Source: the human T2T-CHM13v2.0 reference genome, Homo sapiens. From it: a stretch of DNA of 64,000 nucleotides. Shown one piece after another: positions 49,213-61,549 of this stretch (positions within the stretch are counted from its first letter, which is position 1; each line of letters begins with the position of its first letter). The position numbers were made by a program, and so were the translations under genes. The stretch is from assembly GCF_009914755.1 (NCBI RefSeq), contig NC_060947.1, one strand, 5' to 3'. The notes under the pieces are model-generated. The model was not told the origin of the DNA, made no database searches, and saw nothing but the letters and a program-made list of their open reading frames with translations.

Positions 49213-52200
49213 CTGCAACATCGGGGGTGGGAGTGGGAGTGGGGGTGGCAGGACAGAAGATCAGTACCAAGGCAAAGTAGATCCCTCGGGTCCCCATGCT
49301 AACGCTTTTCCTGCCAACCCACCAACTCACCATTTTGAGAGATAGAATTCATAGAACTTGACAGGGCAGCGGAGGGGATTCATGCGGTTCTCACGCTGCT
49401 CTAAGATAGGGGCTTCATCTTCTCTCTTCCGTTTTCCAGGACCCGTGTCTATAGGGGAGGGAAATGATTCAGACTCATTAAGAACACAGGCTCCATGAGC
49501 CACATCCAAGAGCACAGTTCAGGGCACAGGGAGAAGGCGTCACGACACAAATTACAGTCTCATCAAGATGGAGAGGTGGAAGAAGAGGTCAGTCTCCCTC
49601 TCCCACGCCAACCCAACATCCTGTCGGGCTGTTGTTATGCAACCCTCCCCAGTTCCCACTGCCAAAGACTCTCTTTAAAATCTCCCCCAAGTTGCTATCT
49701 TGAAGAGGTGATCTCAGAAGTTATTCAAAAGACCTGATAAAACAGACCCTACTGCAAGGGTGGGCTTGCCTTCTGGGATAGAGAAACAGCAATGACCCCA
49801 ACCCCTTGTGCATTAGTCCAGGTAGAAGCATGGGTCCAGAGAAAGGACCTTGGAAACTTCACTCAGACAGGACAGAAGTCCAGGGACAGAAAAAATGGAA
49901 ACCAAGGTGCAGTTGTTGTTAGACCCGATAGCAAAGAATCACAGAAAGCCTGTCATTCTACCCTCCCCGACAGCCAAACACACCCAATGGTTTCCTACCT
50001 GTCCACCACCCAGAAAAAGCAGGCAAGCAAGTAAACTGTCTTAAATGAGGAAAGAGGGGAAACAGGCCAGAGGGTGACCTCTTATTTATGCAACAGCTAC
50101 TGCCTATCAGGTAGGAGGACTGGCTGTTTCTACCCTTTCTGCACACAGGAACAGGAGAGGGAAGCTAGGCGCCAAGGAGAGGGCCGACCTGGCAGGTATG
50201 GTGGGTTATGGCAGGGCATGGAAGGGGAAGGCAGAGAAGGGGCAAAAGCACAGGGGAGGGGGCAGCCTCGTACCTCGCCCTTTCCTCTGGCGGACTGGGG
50301 CATAGTAGCGGATGCTCACCACCTTGGTGGTGCCCCGAGGGGTGGTACACTTGCGGGACTGCCGCACCACATTGGTGAAGGAGAGTTGCATGTGTTCCTC
50401 AGCTGTCTGCAGCCCAAAAAACTTAGTGTTGAAGAACATGAGGGTGTTGAGGAGGACAAAGGGCGAGTAGACCCCCAGTTGCTTACACTCCCAGAGGTGC
50501 TCCTCCTCCACTCGAGAGAACACCGTATCTACAATGGTCAAGGGGGAGAGGCCAGTCAGGAGGGAGTGGCTACCCAAACCCAACCACTTCCCATCCCATG
50601 TGCCCTGCTCATTTCCCACACAATTCTCATTTGGTGAGTAACCTTTGTATATAAAACACTGTCACTTCGCTACACTTGCTACACTACACAGTGGGACTGG
50701 GCTTTAAAAAATATATACTTTCCACACCTGCATTTGGAACGCCTCTCACCACCCTCAAGTTGTAGACAAGTAAATGTAAACCTTGAGGAGTCCCACGATT
50801 TCTTGCTTTCTTTCTTTACTTACCACCCAAACCCAGGCCATCTTTTTCTGGTCCTAGAGATAGCTCTTCAGACCTAAGTCTTGATCCCCATCTCACGTTC
50901 AAGAACAGGCGCTCCTGTGCTCCTTTAACTCTAAACCCTGAGGCATCCAGCTACACGCTCCTGCCCTCGGGCCCTTTGTGAAGAGTGGCAGACCAAACAG
51001 CACAGGACTCTCGGGATGGTGGATTGGAAGAATGGAGAAAGCGGGTAGGGGTTGCTACGTCCCTGTTCCTTACTGTTGGGGAGGAGTGTGGGCTGCCAGG
51101 TACTCAGAGACTTGTTGAGTTCTTGAACAAAAGTCAGGTAGTAAAGGTCCGTGAAAATGTTCACCATCCGGTTATTTTCCAGCAAGTACTGGGGAAAGAA
51201 AAACAGACACACCTAAGGCTAGACTGTAGGTCCTAGAAGAAAGATAATGATGCTGAAGCCCCCAGGTATGGTGTCCTTGATCATTAGGAGACGATGGGAA
51301 ACAGTTGCTTGATTAGGTGGCCTCGAGTGCTTTCCCCCAGGTATACCCACAGCTCTGCGCTACTCAGGCTTTGCTCGAAGAGGAGGAGGCTTGGAGGAGA
51401 TGTTCTTTAGAAGCCCACACCTCCTTCTCAGGTAATACATGGTTGACTTCTCCCAGGGGGAACTAAACATTACCCCAGCACTCAAGGATCCCAGCTCCAC
51501 CCATCCCTCCCCTCCTAGAATGGGCTTAAAGATTACAAAGGGGACCTGGATAGCAATGAAGACTGCTCCTTGGCCAACGGTCCTGGAATGCAGTTTTGAT
51601 TTTAGAAGAGTATTGATATCTCATGTTCTATTTGGAGTAGGAGATTAAAGGCAAGCTGCCTGCTTCAGGTAGGGGACAAGATGAGGAACAGGGAGTGCAA
51701 CAGAATAACTGCTTTTTTTTTTCATTAAAAAAATATTTTTTGGGTAGATGGGTATCACTTTGTTGCCCAGGCTGGTCTCAAACTCCTGGCTTGAAGCGAT
51801 CCTCCTGCCTCAGCCTCCCAAAGTGTTGGGATTACAGGCGTGAGCCACCGTGCCTAACCCAGAATCATTTCTGTTTAGACCCTGCCTGCTGTGTTAAGAG
51901 TGACAGGAAGTGAGGTGGTGCACAAGAGGTACCTGCTGGATGCCAAGACACAAATAGTAGATACTGTCAGGTTCATATCGTTCACCATTGGGCCGAGTGA
52001 TTTCTCTCACAAACTGGGCCAGACCGTAGTTGAGCTCAGCAGCTGAGCAGGCGAGAATATCCTCTTTGATACGCATGGGTTTGGCTGCAGTGATATGTTG
52101 TGCAGGGACAGGATTAAGAAAAACTCTACATGGAGAATTTCACTTAGCTCCATCACCATTAACCCCTCCATCCCTTAGTCATGCCTAGCTCCTGAACAAT

Positions 52201-55200
52201 TACAGAAAGAGCCCCTAACCTGGAACCTAGACAGCATTTCCCTTTAATCTACAACTCCTCCCCATCTTCACAGGGCATCCTTAAGGGATCACACCCTTAT
52301 CACTTCTAGACATCTTCAGCTGAATCACAGGCCCAGCCCCTTCTCCCCTTTCCCCTCCTCCTCCCTGTCCCTGCCTCCCCACACCCCCCATCCCCAAGTA
52401 CTTACGGCCAAAGCGCAGCTCATCACCCTTGCTGGTTTCTCCATTGGCATATTTTGACTGCACCCAGCACTTCCAAGCATTGACACCATATGAATAGTTG
52501 AGCCCGGTACAACTAGGCTGACTGCTCATGGAGTCCCGGGAGCAGCTTTCGGAAAGCACCAGCCGCTTTTGACCCTGGAGGGGAAGAGAAAGCAGGGGCA
52601 TGGCAGAGGTAAGGCCAGAGGCAAGGTGAAAGCTAGTCAGCACCATATTTACTGCTGGCCGGGGCAGGGGCTGATGTAAGCACACAGCAAGCTTCCATAG
52701 CACAGAGCCCCAGGAACAGCTTTGATGACCTTGTGAGATGGGGGGAGAGCAAAGTTTGGCTTTATCTCAGTACTTCTAGTGTTGGAGAAAGGAGGTTAGG
52801 GAAGGTCAAACTATGGTTGCTGGCTTGGCTCTCGCATCATCTCCCCTTTGGGCCTCCATTCTTCTTTTGTACATACAGTAGCCCCAGCCCTACCTTCCTC
52901 ATGGTTCGGGGAAGGTCTTGTTCAGTAGACACATCCTCAGGCCCTACCAGGCCACAATCAAAGAGGAAGTCTACACTGGGATTAATGTCCAGAGGATCTA
53001 ATGAAAAGGAAAGAAAGAAGAAATCAATTTCTTAAGATCTCAACCCTGCAGCCCTCCTGCCCCACCCCTGCTACTTGCCCACTTGACACTAGATGAGCCA
53101 AAGGAACCAGTAAAGCTATACCAAAAAGCATGCTCAGAGGCACAGAAACGCAAAACACAGCAATGTGAACTACTGAACCGTAAACATGTTGAACATGGTA
53201 AAATTTTATGTTTTTTTTCAGCTTAAAAATTAAAAAAAAAAAAAAAAAAAAAAAAGCATGACTCAGAAGTCTAAAAGAGTGCACCTGTCCTGGTGTCTCT
53301 GGCACTGCTCCCTGTGAGAACCTTCCGTCTTAGAATCACAATGAACACTTTTCAGGGTCATGCTCAGGGACACAAGGGACACTCCCTTCCTGATGGCACA
53401 AATGCTACCATACTCAGTGGGCATGGCTCCAATCTTACTCACTCTTAGGGAAGTCTGCCTCCAAGTCTTGCCCAGGCTCATCCAAGACATTGGCCATCTT
53501 GACTGCCATGGCCAGGACATCATCTCGAGCAGGCCCAAACAGGTCACAGTCTTCCAGGAGTCCCTCTGCACTCTGGTTGCTCACAAGATCTGGGAAGCAG
53601 AGAAGTTGGCTCAGTGGTTACAAGCTCCTGCTAGCACCCTCACAAGCTTTCAGGGACTGATCCCAACTATCCTCCCATTCTACTAGGCACCAAGATCACC
53701 AATACCACCCCCTCGGGCAGAGACATGCTGGTAGCACCCTGTCTCCCTCGTCGCCACCATCTATGGCATACCACAAAGGTCAGATGAGGCCTTGTCTAAC
53801 TCCTCAGCCTCTGCAATCATTTCTGCCATAGCCAGGATGTCGGCCTCCAAGGGGTTGGAAGGGATCTTCACCTTCAGCTCCTCAATGGTCTCTACAATCT
53901 TGTCTGTGCTCTCCAAGGTAGTGGGCAAGAACATGGGCACAGGCACCTGGAGGCACGAATCCCAACTAAATGCCAAGAACCACACCAGCAGTTGGGGGGA
54001 AGTTGGGGGGACAGATGATGAGTGAAGGGGGACAGTTGATGAGAGTAAGGGGAAAGGAGGACCCAGCCAGGAAGGGCAGGGAAACTCACCGGGATAGGCA
54101 TCGAGAAAGGCACCGGGACTTTCTGGCAGTACAGATGCATAGGCACTGGCACGAAGATGGGCACTGGGATGGGCAGCACGATCACCTGTGGCTTCCACTC
54201 TTCTGTGGATAAGAAAGGGGTCTTCTCAGAGACCCTGCTGGACTGGTCACATCTGACCCACCAAAAGCTCTAACATGCTCAGTGTCACAAAACTGCCCTT
54301 GAATCAAAGGCTGAAAGACACCTCTATGATTCTAGGACAACCATATGAATGAGGCTTCAGCTACCTAAGAAATCCCCTTGTCCAGCTCACGGACATAGGG
54401 CTGGCAGGCCTAGGACTCTGGAATACAGCCTGTGGCATCGAGGTACCCTGGCTCACCTGTTTGACTTCCTTTGGACTTCATCTCCACCTTGCAGGAGACG
54501 CCCCGATTCTGCATCAGTGGCTTACACATGGCAGCCTTGTTTTTGCGGGGTGTTGCTGGGGGTGGTGGGGGTGGAGGGGTGGGAGCAGTGGGAGCTGATC
54601 GGGTCTTCACAGGGATCTGCAAAGACAGAGGAACATTTGTGCCACCAACCGCCGTACCCTCCTCTGAGATTATCCTCCCCCTTGGCTTTTGCCCCGACCT
54701 TGCCCAAATTCCCATTTTCCTCTGGGGTCCTCACTGTGTTGCTGTTCTCCACTTTGGTTTGAGAGGGTGTCTGGGGTTTTGACTCAGGAGACTGACCTGT
54801 AGATCAAAACAAATGAATGCTCTCATCCAAGGGACTAGCTCTCCATTTTCCTTACCCCTGTTCCAGGAGAGCTTCATTAACAGGTACACCAAATACAGAT
54901 GGGAACTTCTAGGATTTGACCCCCTTGCCATCCCAGATCTAGTCTCCTCTATGCCCCAGCAATAGCAGCCTAAAAGATTATTTGTTCCTGGAGAATGAAA
55001 CATTACATTTTCCCCCAAAACCCACATTTGAGACCTTCCACTTAGATAGCCTGAAGAGTCTGTTATCCCTGGAGTTGTGGAGGGGCAGGGGTAACATTCT
55101 AGAAATAGCAGTCTTCAGTCTCACTAAATGTAGAGTTTATGCTGAGATTTCCTTATCTCAGAAACGTAACCATAACCCCTATATGCTCCATCCTACCAGG

Positions 55201-58200
55201 AAAGGCACCCACTCCCTAACAATATATATTTCATAGACAATCAGTAGATGCTAACTCCAAGAAGCTTTAAATAAGACTCCCCCGGTACCTGCAGGGTTCG
55301 GAAGCTAAAAGAGAATACAGTTCACAGTACTAGCACCCTATCTGGCCAGGGGTGAGCTGAACGCAAGAGGAAGGAGAAAGGGGCTAGGCTTAGGATTAGG
55401 AGAGTCCAGGCTCCCTCTAACAGAGTGTACCCCCTGCCTGGGACTCACTGTTCAGGAGGCTCTCGGGCCCACTCTGGGTATCCAGGTTGGGTTGGTTCTG
55501 CTGGCTATAGAAACGCAGAAGACACTGCTGGTTGCAGAAATGACGGATCTGCCCACGCCAGTGGATGGTCTCCAGCAGCTTCCCCTGGCGCTTACACGCA
55601 TGGCACCGGGCAGCCTGAGGATGTCAAAAGGATGGTCAGACCTGCCTCCCTAAAATGCGTTGGGCCCTTTCTTTCCCCCGGGATAAGCCATGCTCCTCCC
55701 CTTGGAGATCGGGCCAGCTTAGAGATGGAAGGCTGGCTGCCCTCCCTGGAGATCTGTCCACACCCCGAGCTCAGTACCACAGCCCGTGCTCCCCACTGCC
55801 CTCTTTCCCGCCTCGCTCGCATGCTGACCCTCCTTACCTTGCAGTACCACAGCAGGTACTTGCTCTTACAGTCCTCACTGCAGAAGTCCCAGGTGCTGCC
55901 ATCCAGTTGCTCGGTGACTCCGCGCTGGCAGGTCTGGGAGCAGTAAGTACAAGTGATACAGCACAAGCCCAGCTTCTTAGTGAAGTCCTGTTTGTACAGC
56001 AGCACACAGCCTGGAAAGAGGAGAAGAGGAAAGAGAGTCCAGAGACACAGATACCCAAGGGCAAGAGACCCAACCTTTTCAAGGTGCTATACCTGAAACC
56101 TCTCTCTAAGCAGCCCCTTGTGCCCAAAACTTTAGGGGAGATGGGGGTAGAACATCCCGGGCAGAAGGCCCTGCCTCATGGACCACTTTCCCGGCCTCCC
56201 TCCCTTCTCCTCCATTCTCCCTGGCTGGGAGTTATAGTGTCTTCTGCCCTTCCCCATCTCCTTACCTTCGCTGCAGAAGCTTTTCTCCACTCCGCTGAAT
56301 CGGAGTTTCTCATGCAAGAGTTTCTCCTGCCGACAGTGCTCACACTGGGACACCACACCCCGAAGCCGCTTGAAGTCCTCACAGCAATCACGGCAGCAGA
56401 ACTGGAACACTTGGTCCTGAGGTGGGGGCACAGGGCAGGGAGGACAAGCTGTAACATCTGGCCCCAGCAGGGGCCAAGTGGAAGGACCCCTTCAGACAGT
56501 CTGGTCGTGTGGCAAGACGTGGGTGGGGGTGGGGCTCTTACCTGCCAGTCCAAGACCTCAGGCTTGCCACTGAAGAGGCTGTGACAGTAGTGACAGCTCA
56601 GGTGAATGCCCCCCTCAGGGCTTGTGCGCTGGAGGGAAGGAAGACAAGTAAGGGAGGGGCAAGATGTGTGCAGCGGTGGGGAAGGGGAGTCAGGCTTGTT
56701 CTTTGCTCTGCCCAGGCCTGCCTACCCCAATTCTCCAACCCTCTTTATGTTGCCAAACCCTTCTATCCCTGGTCCAGGGTCTGGAGTACCTGGAACTTGG
56801 TCCAGCAGCTGGGGCTGCAGAACTGGTAGACTGTGCGGTCAACCTTGTTGTAGTAACAGGGGTCAGAGAGGCTGCGGCGGCAGAAGCTGCAGGGTCGGGG
56901 AGGGCCTGGGGCATAGAGAGAAAGAGAGAGAGGAAAAGAGAAAGAGAGAGGGAGAGAGAGAGCACACAGAAGGTGTAAGGCAGTGTAAGAGACGAACAGA
57001 AAATCCATGGGGAGATGTGGTTGGGACTGAGGTCGGGCAGCAAGGATTACTCTGGAAGAGGGGAGTATGGGAGGTAGAGAGAAGGCCAGCAGGGGACTCA
57101 GAGAAGAGGGCTTTGCACCTACCAGTGAGCCCTGCCTGCTTCACTTTGTAAGAAGTGGTACAGCACAGGGAACAGAACAAGCTGGTCTTGCCATTACGAT
57201 CCACATGTGATAGCATCTCAAAGTTCTTACACAGGGTCTTGCACCAGACACATGGGTACACACGTGTGTTTTTCTGTGAGGATGGGGAAGGAGAGGCTGA
57301 GGCTGGATTTGTCCCTTCACTTTTATTTTTTAAATGTTTTAAACATGAAATATTTCAGGCATACAAAAAAAGTATAGATGATGATGTAACAAAGACCTGT
57401 GTATCCACCAGCCAGCTTCAAAAATAAAACATAACAGATACAATTGAAACCCCCTTTATTTGTTTTATTTCTCCCAGCCCTTGACCCATCAGCCACCTTT
57501 ATTTATAACCCAAGAACCACACCCCCTTCCACAGCCCTCTAATGCACTACTCCCTCGGCCCCACCTTCTTGTACGCCCCCAAGCAGGTTGTGTTGCAGAA
57601 CCGCTTTTGTTGGCCCTCGTGGAAGAGGAGCTCAGGGCCAGGACTCCCGGTCTTGGTGTAGATGTAAGCCCCACACTGGTCACAACAGTTGGTTTTCAGT
57701 CCCTTGTTGGCCCGGAATTTGGAGAAGCAAGAATCGCTGCAGAGCCGGTGTACCACGCTGCCATTGCTGACCTCGTGCAGGACCTGCCACACACATACAC
57801 GCACCCTGAGCTAGGGCCTGGCCACCACCGCCCACCCCAATGCAAGGTCAGCCCCCCACCTCACCCTAGACCTTCACAGCAGACAGTGGGCCCAGGGACC
57901 CCCCAACCTGCGCCGCAGGCTGCCGACTTGATGGTGAGGTCCTGGGAGGTAAGGAAGGCCAGCTGTGCACATCCTGGAGAAGCTCTGTCCTTGAATACGC
58001 TCCCTCATGATGGCCGCCTTTCCTCCCCACTCCCCTTTCCACAGGGCCTGGACCCTGCAGCCCCAGGATGGGAGGGGCAGGTCAGGGCTGGCCAGGCTCT
58101 GTAAATCAGCCCCCACTGAGTGTCCTCACCTCTCCAGTCTTCTGGCATATGCTGCAGCGAGTAGCGTCGGCGGGATCCCCAGACTGGGGGATCGGGCGCT

Positions 58201-61200
58201 GCTGCTGGGCCTCATACAGGGAGAGACAGACGGATGTGCAGAACTCATGGAAGGAGCCTCCAGAACCAGTCTGCGCCACAACCGAGTCCTTGGTGTTCCA
58301 GATCTCCCTAGAGGTGGGAACAGGTTTGAATATTCACTCAAGACCACCCTCTCATTTCCTCAGCTTCCGCCCCTCCTCCAGGATCAATGACCACAGAGCC
58401 AAATACTCTGACTCTCTCCCTACATCACTCTCTCGCCCAGCTCCATCCTGCTAGGTTCTTACCAACAGTCTCTGTCTTACTCATACTCCTGCCCAGATCC
58501 CTGCCCTCTGCATAGCCCCCAAGACCCTCACGCACTTCTTGCAGAAGGTACAGGTCTTTTTGCCCGAGGGCTTCTTGGAGAAAGTGGTGAGGCAGGATGA
58601 CGAGCAGAAGAGCTGAGGCAGCCCCTTGCGCTGATAGGCAGTCTGCCCCTTCTGCAGTGGTGTCCGGCAATGTGCACAAGTCATCTTGGTGCCCACTGCA
58701 GAGCGCCCGGCCCTTTGTGACACACTTGAGCGTAGGGACATGCGAGGAGAGCGCCGGGGCCGGAATGGCACAAAGTCCTCATCATTGGGGTCATCTACCA
58801 TGGCATCAGAATCCTCATCTGACACTGGAACTGAGAAAGTGGGGGGATGGACATGAGAAAGGCCACCAAACCAGGTCTCCAACCATCCCCTGACCAACAG
58901 TTCAGTCCCTCTCCTGGGATCCCTGTTGTTCCGGCCTTTACACCCTGGCCCTTGTTACATCAGTATCTTAAGACCTTGGTGTCTCTCTCCCTTGGTTACT
59001 CTGTAACCTCCCAGGGAGGGAAAGGGAGAGGCTCTAAATGAGAAGATTCGGAGACAGAGATGGCATAGCTGAAACAGGAAACTCGCCATTCTCACTGCTC
59101 TTGTTTTCAATTTCCCCCACTGCCCCTGGTTCCCATGCCAACCCATAGCAGAGACAGGCACTTCATGCGCTTCATGGAGCAGGACGGCAGGAGCTAGAAG
59201 ATCCATGCCCTGCCGCATGCCACTTTCGGACCTTTTCCACACCCAGAACTCCCAGGTCACACTTCCTCAAATCCTACTTACTGCTCTCAGTGGAATCTAC
59301 AACCTCAGGTTTTGGAGGTTCTGCTCTCCTAACGCGCTCGCTTCTCTTCTGTACCTCGGAAAGATGGGAGGGGAGGAAAACTGACACCCTGGCCAGGCTA
59401 ACACTAGTACAGGGTTTGGGGGGGGATAGAAGATGGGAGGGGGAAGGGAGAGTGGGGACCCTTGGCCCAGCCCTTAGGAGGAGGGAAGAAAAGGAGGTTG
59501 GACTTTCTCCCCAACAAGCAGTAGACACTAGTGCTCCCTCCCTCCTCCTAACTCTCCTTACACACACTCTCTACAGAACAACATCTGGGAGGGAAAATGA
59601 AGGGTCTGTCCTTCCCAGAGCTAAGGGGGAACCAGACTCCTTCCAATCCCCTCCCCCTCACCCGTTCAGGCGGCTTCTCACTCGCCTTCGCAGTCAGGCC
59701 ATCTCCTGCAAAGGAAGCAGAAGGCAGCCTAAATGTTGAGCCTGCCCTCACCACCCTCTCCCCGGCCCAACCCCCGCCTCCATTCCTGGGGAAGAACTTA
59801 CTCAAAACTGAAAGGGAAAACTCGAGTGCCTGTGGCTTCTTGGGGCCCCTCTCAGGGTTACCTCAGGCTCTGTACTAAGGGTGGGGGGGTGCACGTGCAG
59901 CTATTCCATGAAAAAAAAAAAATCTATCCTTCCCACCAGCTTTCTGTCCCAATCCTTGGGGGTTAAGGAAACACAGGTAATATACCTTTCATTAAGAATT
60001 TATATTTTACCAATGAAAAACACACACAACCACCCAAAGGTAGCAAAAGGAAAAGGAAGCATCAGTGTATGGGTAGCTTCCCCTGGATTCAGGTGGTTAT
60101 ATAAGCCCTAAGACCCTCGTCACAGCCTGATAGAGGCACACCACTAGGCAGAAGAGGGGAGACACTAGAGCCTCTCAAGTCAAGGTTGTCCCTCCCCTAT
60201 CAGAGACGCAATCCTAGACCCTGCATTTCTATCGCTCTGCTGAAATCCTTATGCTGTTAGGGGCTCCAGAACCTAGTTACCATTCATCAAACCCAGAAAT
60301 CCCACTCCCATCTAGAACCAAAAAGCTGTAAAGGTCTTAGAACCAAGAAGCCTGGTGTACTCCCCCAAATCCTGAAGGAAGGACTCTGGCACCAAAAGCC
60401 CACTGGGGTAGGAAAAAGGGAACCCTTCCCACCAAATTCACTCCTCCCAACCTACGCTCCCTGAAACCTTACCCCATTCCTCCCCCACAGCCTGTGCCCA
60501 CCCCTACTTTCCTTAATCTTCCTCTACACACCACCCCACTCCTCCCTCGTAAACCCCAAGTCCTTCCCCACACACATCCCTACACTTATCTCTCCACCCT
60601 CCTCCTCCCCACTACTTCCCAAAGCACATAGCCACCCCTCCTTACCACCACCCTCTCCCAGCCCTGATTCTCCAGATAATTAGGCAACCTACCTGGCAAG
60701 GAAGGATGTGCAGGGGGGCTAGAGCCCCCAGGTTTGGTCTGAGAACTGTTGATTCCATCCCCCAGAGTCTCTCCCACTGAAGGGCTAGGCGGGGCATTTG
60801 GGCTCTGTGGCTGCCCTTGGGGAAGCTCCTCCTCCTGCCCAGGGGAGCCCCTTCTTGCAGTAGCTATGGAGGTGGTCTCCTCCTCTTCAATATGTGGGGA
60901 CTGCAGTGTTATTGGAGAATCTGGAGCCAAAGGCTCTAGTAGCCCCTCAGGTGAACAGGAATTTGCCCCAGCCCCTGGATCAGGTGGTACCACCTCAGGG
61001 GTCTGGCCCCCTGGTCCAGGCTCTAGGGTCTGATCTCCTGCATCCCATGCCAGGGTTCCCTCAGGACCGTGGTCCACCTCCGGGGGAGAGGGGGCTTTAT
61101 AGAGCAGCCCCCCCAGCCCCAGCAACTCAGTGGCTCCATCCAGGACTCCAGGGTCTTTTTCCAGGCCAGCAGGGGTATCAAGCAGGTCCAGGGCTCCCGA

Positions 61201-61359
61201 GGATGGAGAAGGGCCAGGGGGGGCCCATCCTCGAGTTGGGGCAGTCTGGGATTCCAGTAGATCCTCTCCAAATTCCATGTCTACTGGTAGGTCTCCAGCC
61301 AGGGGCTTCTCTGGCAGGGTCAATGGGTCAAATGGACTGGGGAAATCACTGGGGTCCAT
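49020..61359 (-). CDS. ZMYM3: Zinc finger MYM-type protein 3, 24 coding exons, 1370 aa
   Basis: [19 protein letters not shown] start; MYM zinc fingers; C-terminal DUF3504. Exon lengths with GT-AG boundaries sum to 4113 nt with consistent phase. Confidence 0.98.
49331..49448 (-). CDS. ZMYM3: ZMYM3 exon 24 (DTGPGKRKR...FYLSK)
   Basis: AG/GT boundaries; 118 nt. Confidence 0.95.
50274..50528 (-). CDS. ZMYM3: ZMYM3 exon 23 ([18 protein letters not shown]...RKGR)
   Basis: AG/GT boundaries; 255 nt. Confidence 0.95.
51074..51188 (-). CDS. ZMYM3: ZMYM3 exon 22 (YLLENNR...LLPN)
   Basis: AG/GT boundaries; 115 nt. Confidence 0.95.
51715..51861 (-). mobile_element. Alu left monomer (FLAM-like) in ZMYM3 intron 21
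   Basis: tgttgcccaggctggtctcaaactcctggc...ggattacaggcgtgagccacc. Confidence 0.85.
51933..52084 (-). CDS. ZMYM3: ZMYM3 exon 21 (KPMRIKED...LGIQQ)
   Basis: AG/GT boundaries; 152 nt. Confidence 0.95.
52406..52574 (-). CDS. ZMYM3: ZMYM3 exon 20 (GQKRLVL...ELRFG)
   Basis: AG/GT boundaries; 169 nt. Confidence 0.95.
52894..52997 (-). CDS. ZMYM3: ZMYM3 exon 19 (PLDINP...TMRK)
   Basis: AG/GT boundaries; 104 nt. Confidence 0.93.
53443..53589 (-). CDS. ZMYM3: ZMYM3 exon 18 (LVSNQS...ADFPK)
   Basis: AG/GT boundaries; 147 nt. Confidence 0.93.
53772..53946 (-). CDS. ZMYM3: ZMYM3 exon 17 (VPVPMFL...SDLC)
   Basis: AG/GT boundaries; 175 nt. Confidence 0.95.
54090..54202 (-). CDS. ZMYM3: ZMYM3 exon 16 ([14 protein letters not shown]...MPIP)
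   Basis: AG/GT boundaries; 113 nt. Confidence 0.95.
54457..54616 (-). CDS. ZMYM3: ZMYM3 exon 15 (IPVKTR...KGSQT)
   Basis: AG/GT boundaries; 160 nt. Confidence 0.95.
54699..54796 (-). CDS. ZMYM3: ZMYM3 exon 14 (QSPESK...GNLGK); alternative donor ends the exon at 54735
   Basis: AG/GT boundaries; 98 nt. Confidence 0.9.
55449..55614 (-). CDS. ZMYM3: ZMYM3 exon 13 (AARCHAC...SLLN)
   Basis: AG/GT boundaries; 166 nt. Confidence 0.95.
55838..56010 (-). CDS. ZMYM3: ZMYM3 exon 12 (CVLLYK...LWYCK)
   Basis: AG/GT boundaries; 173 nt. Confidence 0.95.
56266..56416 (-). CDS. ZMYM3: ZMYM3 exon 11 (DQVFQFCC...FCSE)
   Basis: AG/GT boundaries; 151 nt. Confidence 0.95.
56542..56628 (-). CDS. ZMYM3: ZMYM3 exon 10 (RTSPEGG...LDWQ)
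   Basis: AG/GT boundaries; 87 nt. Confidence 0.93.
56790..56905 (-). CDS. ZMYM3: ZMYM3 exon 9 (PPRPCSFC...WTKFQ)
   Basis: AG/GT boundaries; 116 nt. Confidence 0.95.
57123..57273 (-). CDS. ZMYM3: ZMYM3 exon 8 (KNTRVYPC...AGLT)
   Basis: AG/GT boundaries; 151 nt. Confidence 0.95.
57565..57783 (-). CDS. ZMYM3: ZMYM3 exon 7 (VLHEVSNG...GAYKK)
   Basis: AG/GT boundaries; 219 nt. Confidence 0.95.
58130..58307 (-). CDS. ZMYM3: ZMYM3 exon 6 (EIWNTKD...QKTGE)
   Basis: AG/GT boundaries; 178 nt. Confidence 0.95.
58536..58830 (-). CDS. ZMYM3: ZMYM3 exon 5 (PVSDEDSD...TFCK)
   Basis: AG/GT boundaries; 295 nt. Confidence 0.95.
59282..59348 (-). CDS. ZMYM3: ZMYM3 exon 4 (KRSERVRR...STES)
   Basis: AG/GT boundaries; 67 nt. 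Confidence 0.9.
59662..59705 (-). CDS. ZMYM3: ZMYM3 exon 3 ([14 protein letters not shown])
   Basis: AG/GT boundaries; 44 nt. Confidence 0.9.
60693..61359 (-). CDS. ZMYM3: ZMYM3 exon 2 coding part (MDPSDFP...HPSLP); exon begins at 61378
   Basis: ATG at 61359; acceptor 61379-80; donor GTAGGT; 667 nt. Confidence 0.95.
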
Positions 61360-61549
61360 GAGTATGGCTGGATATGTACTGCAGATTAGGAGTAGAAGAG
61401 GGGGCAGTAGAGGTGGTCTTAGCCTGAATTCCTTCTTATATAGGCTCTGAGACACACCCCATCATCCACTTGGATTTCTCATGAGCAGCCCCCACCACCA
61501 CAATCTACAAGCATTTCCGAAGGCTTTAGTCCTAATGACCACTCCCCCC

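Noticed and set aside
55655-56584. 309-aa plus-strand ORF (and the 214-aa ORF at 57460-58104)
   Set aside because: Antisense to GC-rich ZMYM3 exons and introns, non-ATG start, no domain
61360-61455. N-terminal extension of ZMYM3 shown in the ORF track (60586-61455)
   Set aside because: It runs through the exon 2 acceptor into intron and starts at GTG; the true start is the ATG at 61359
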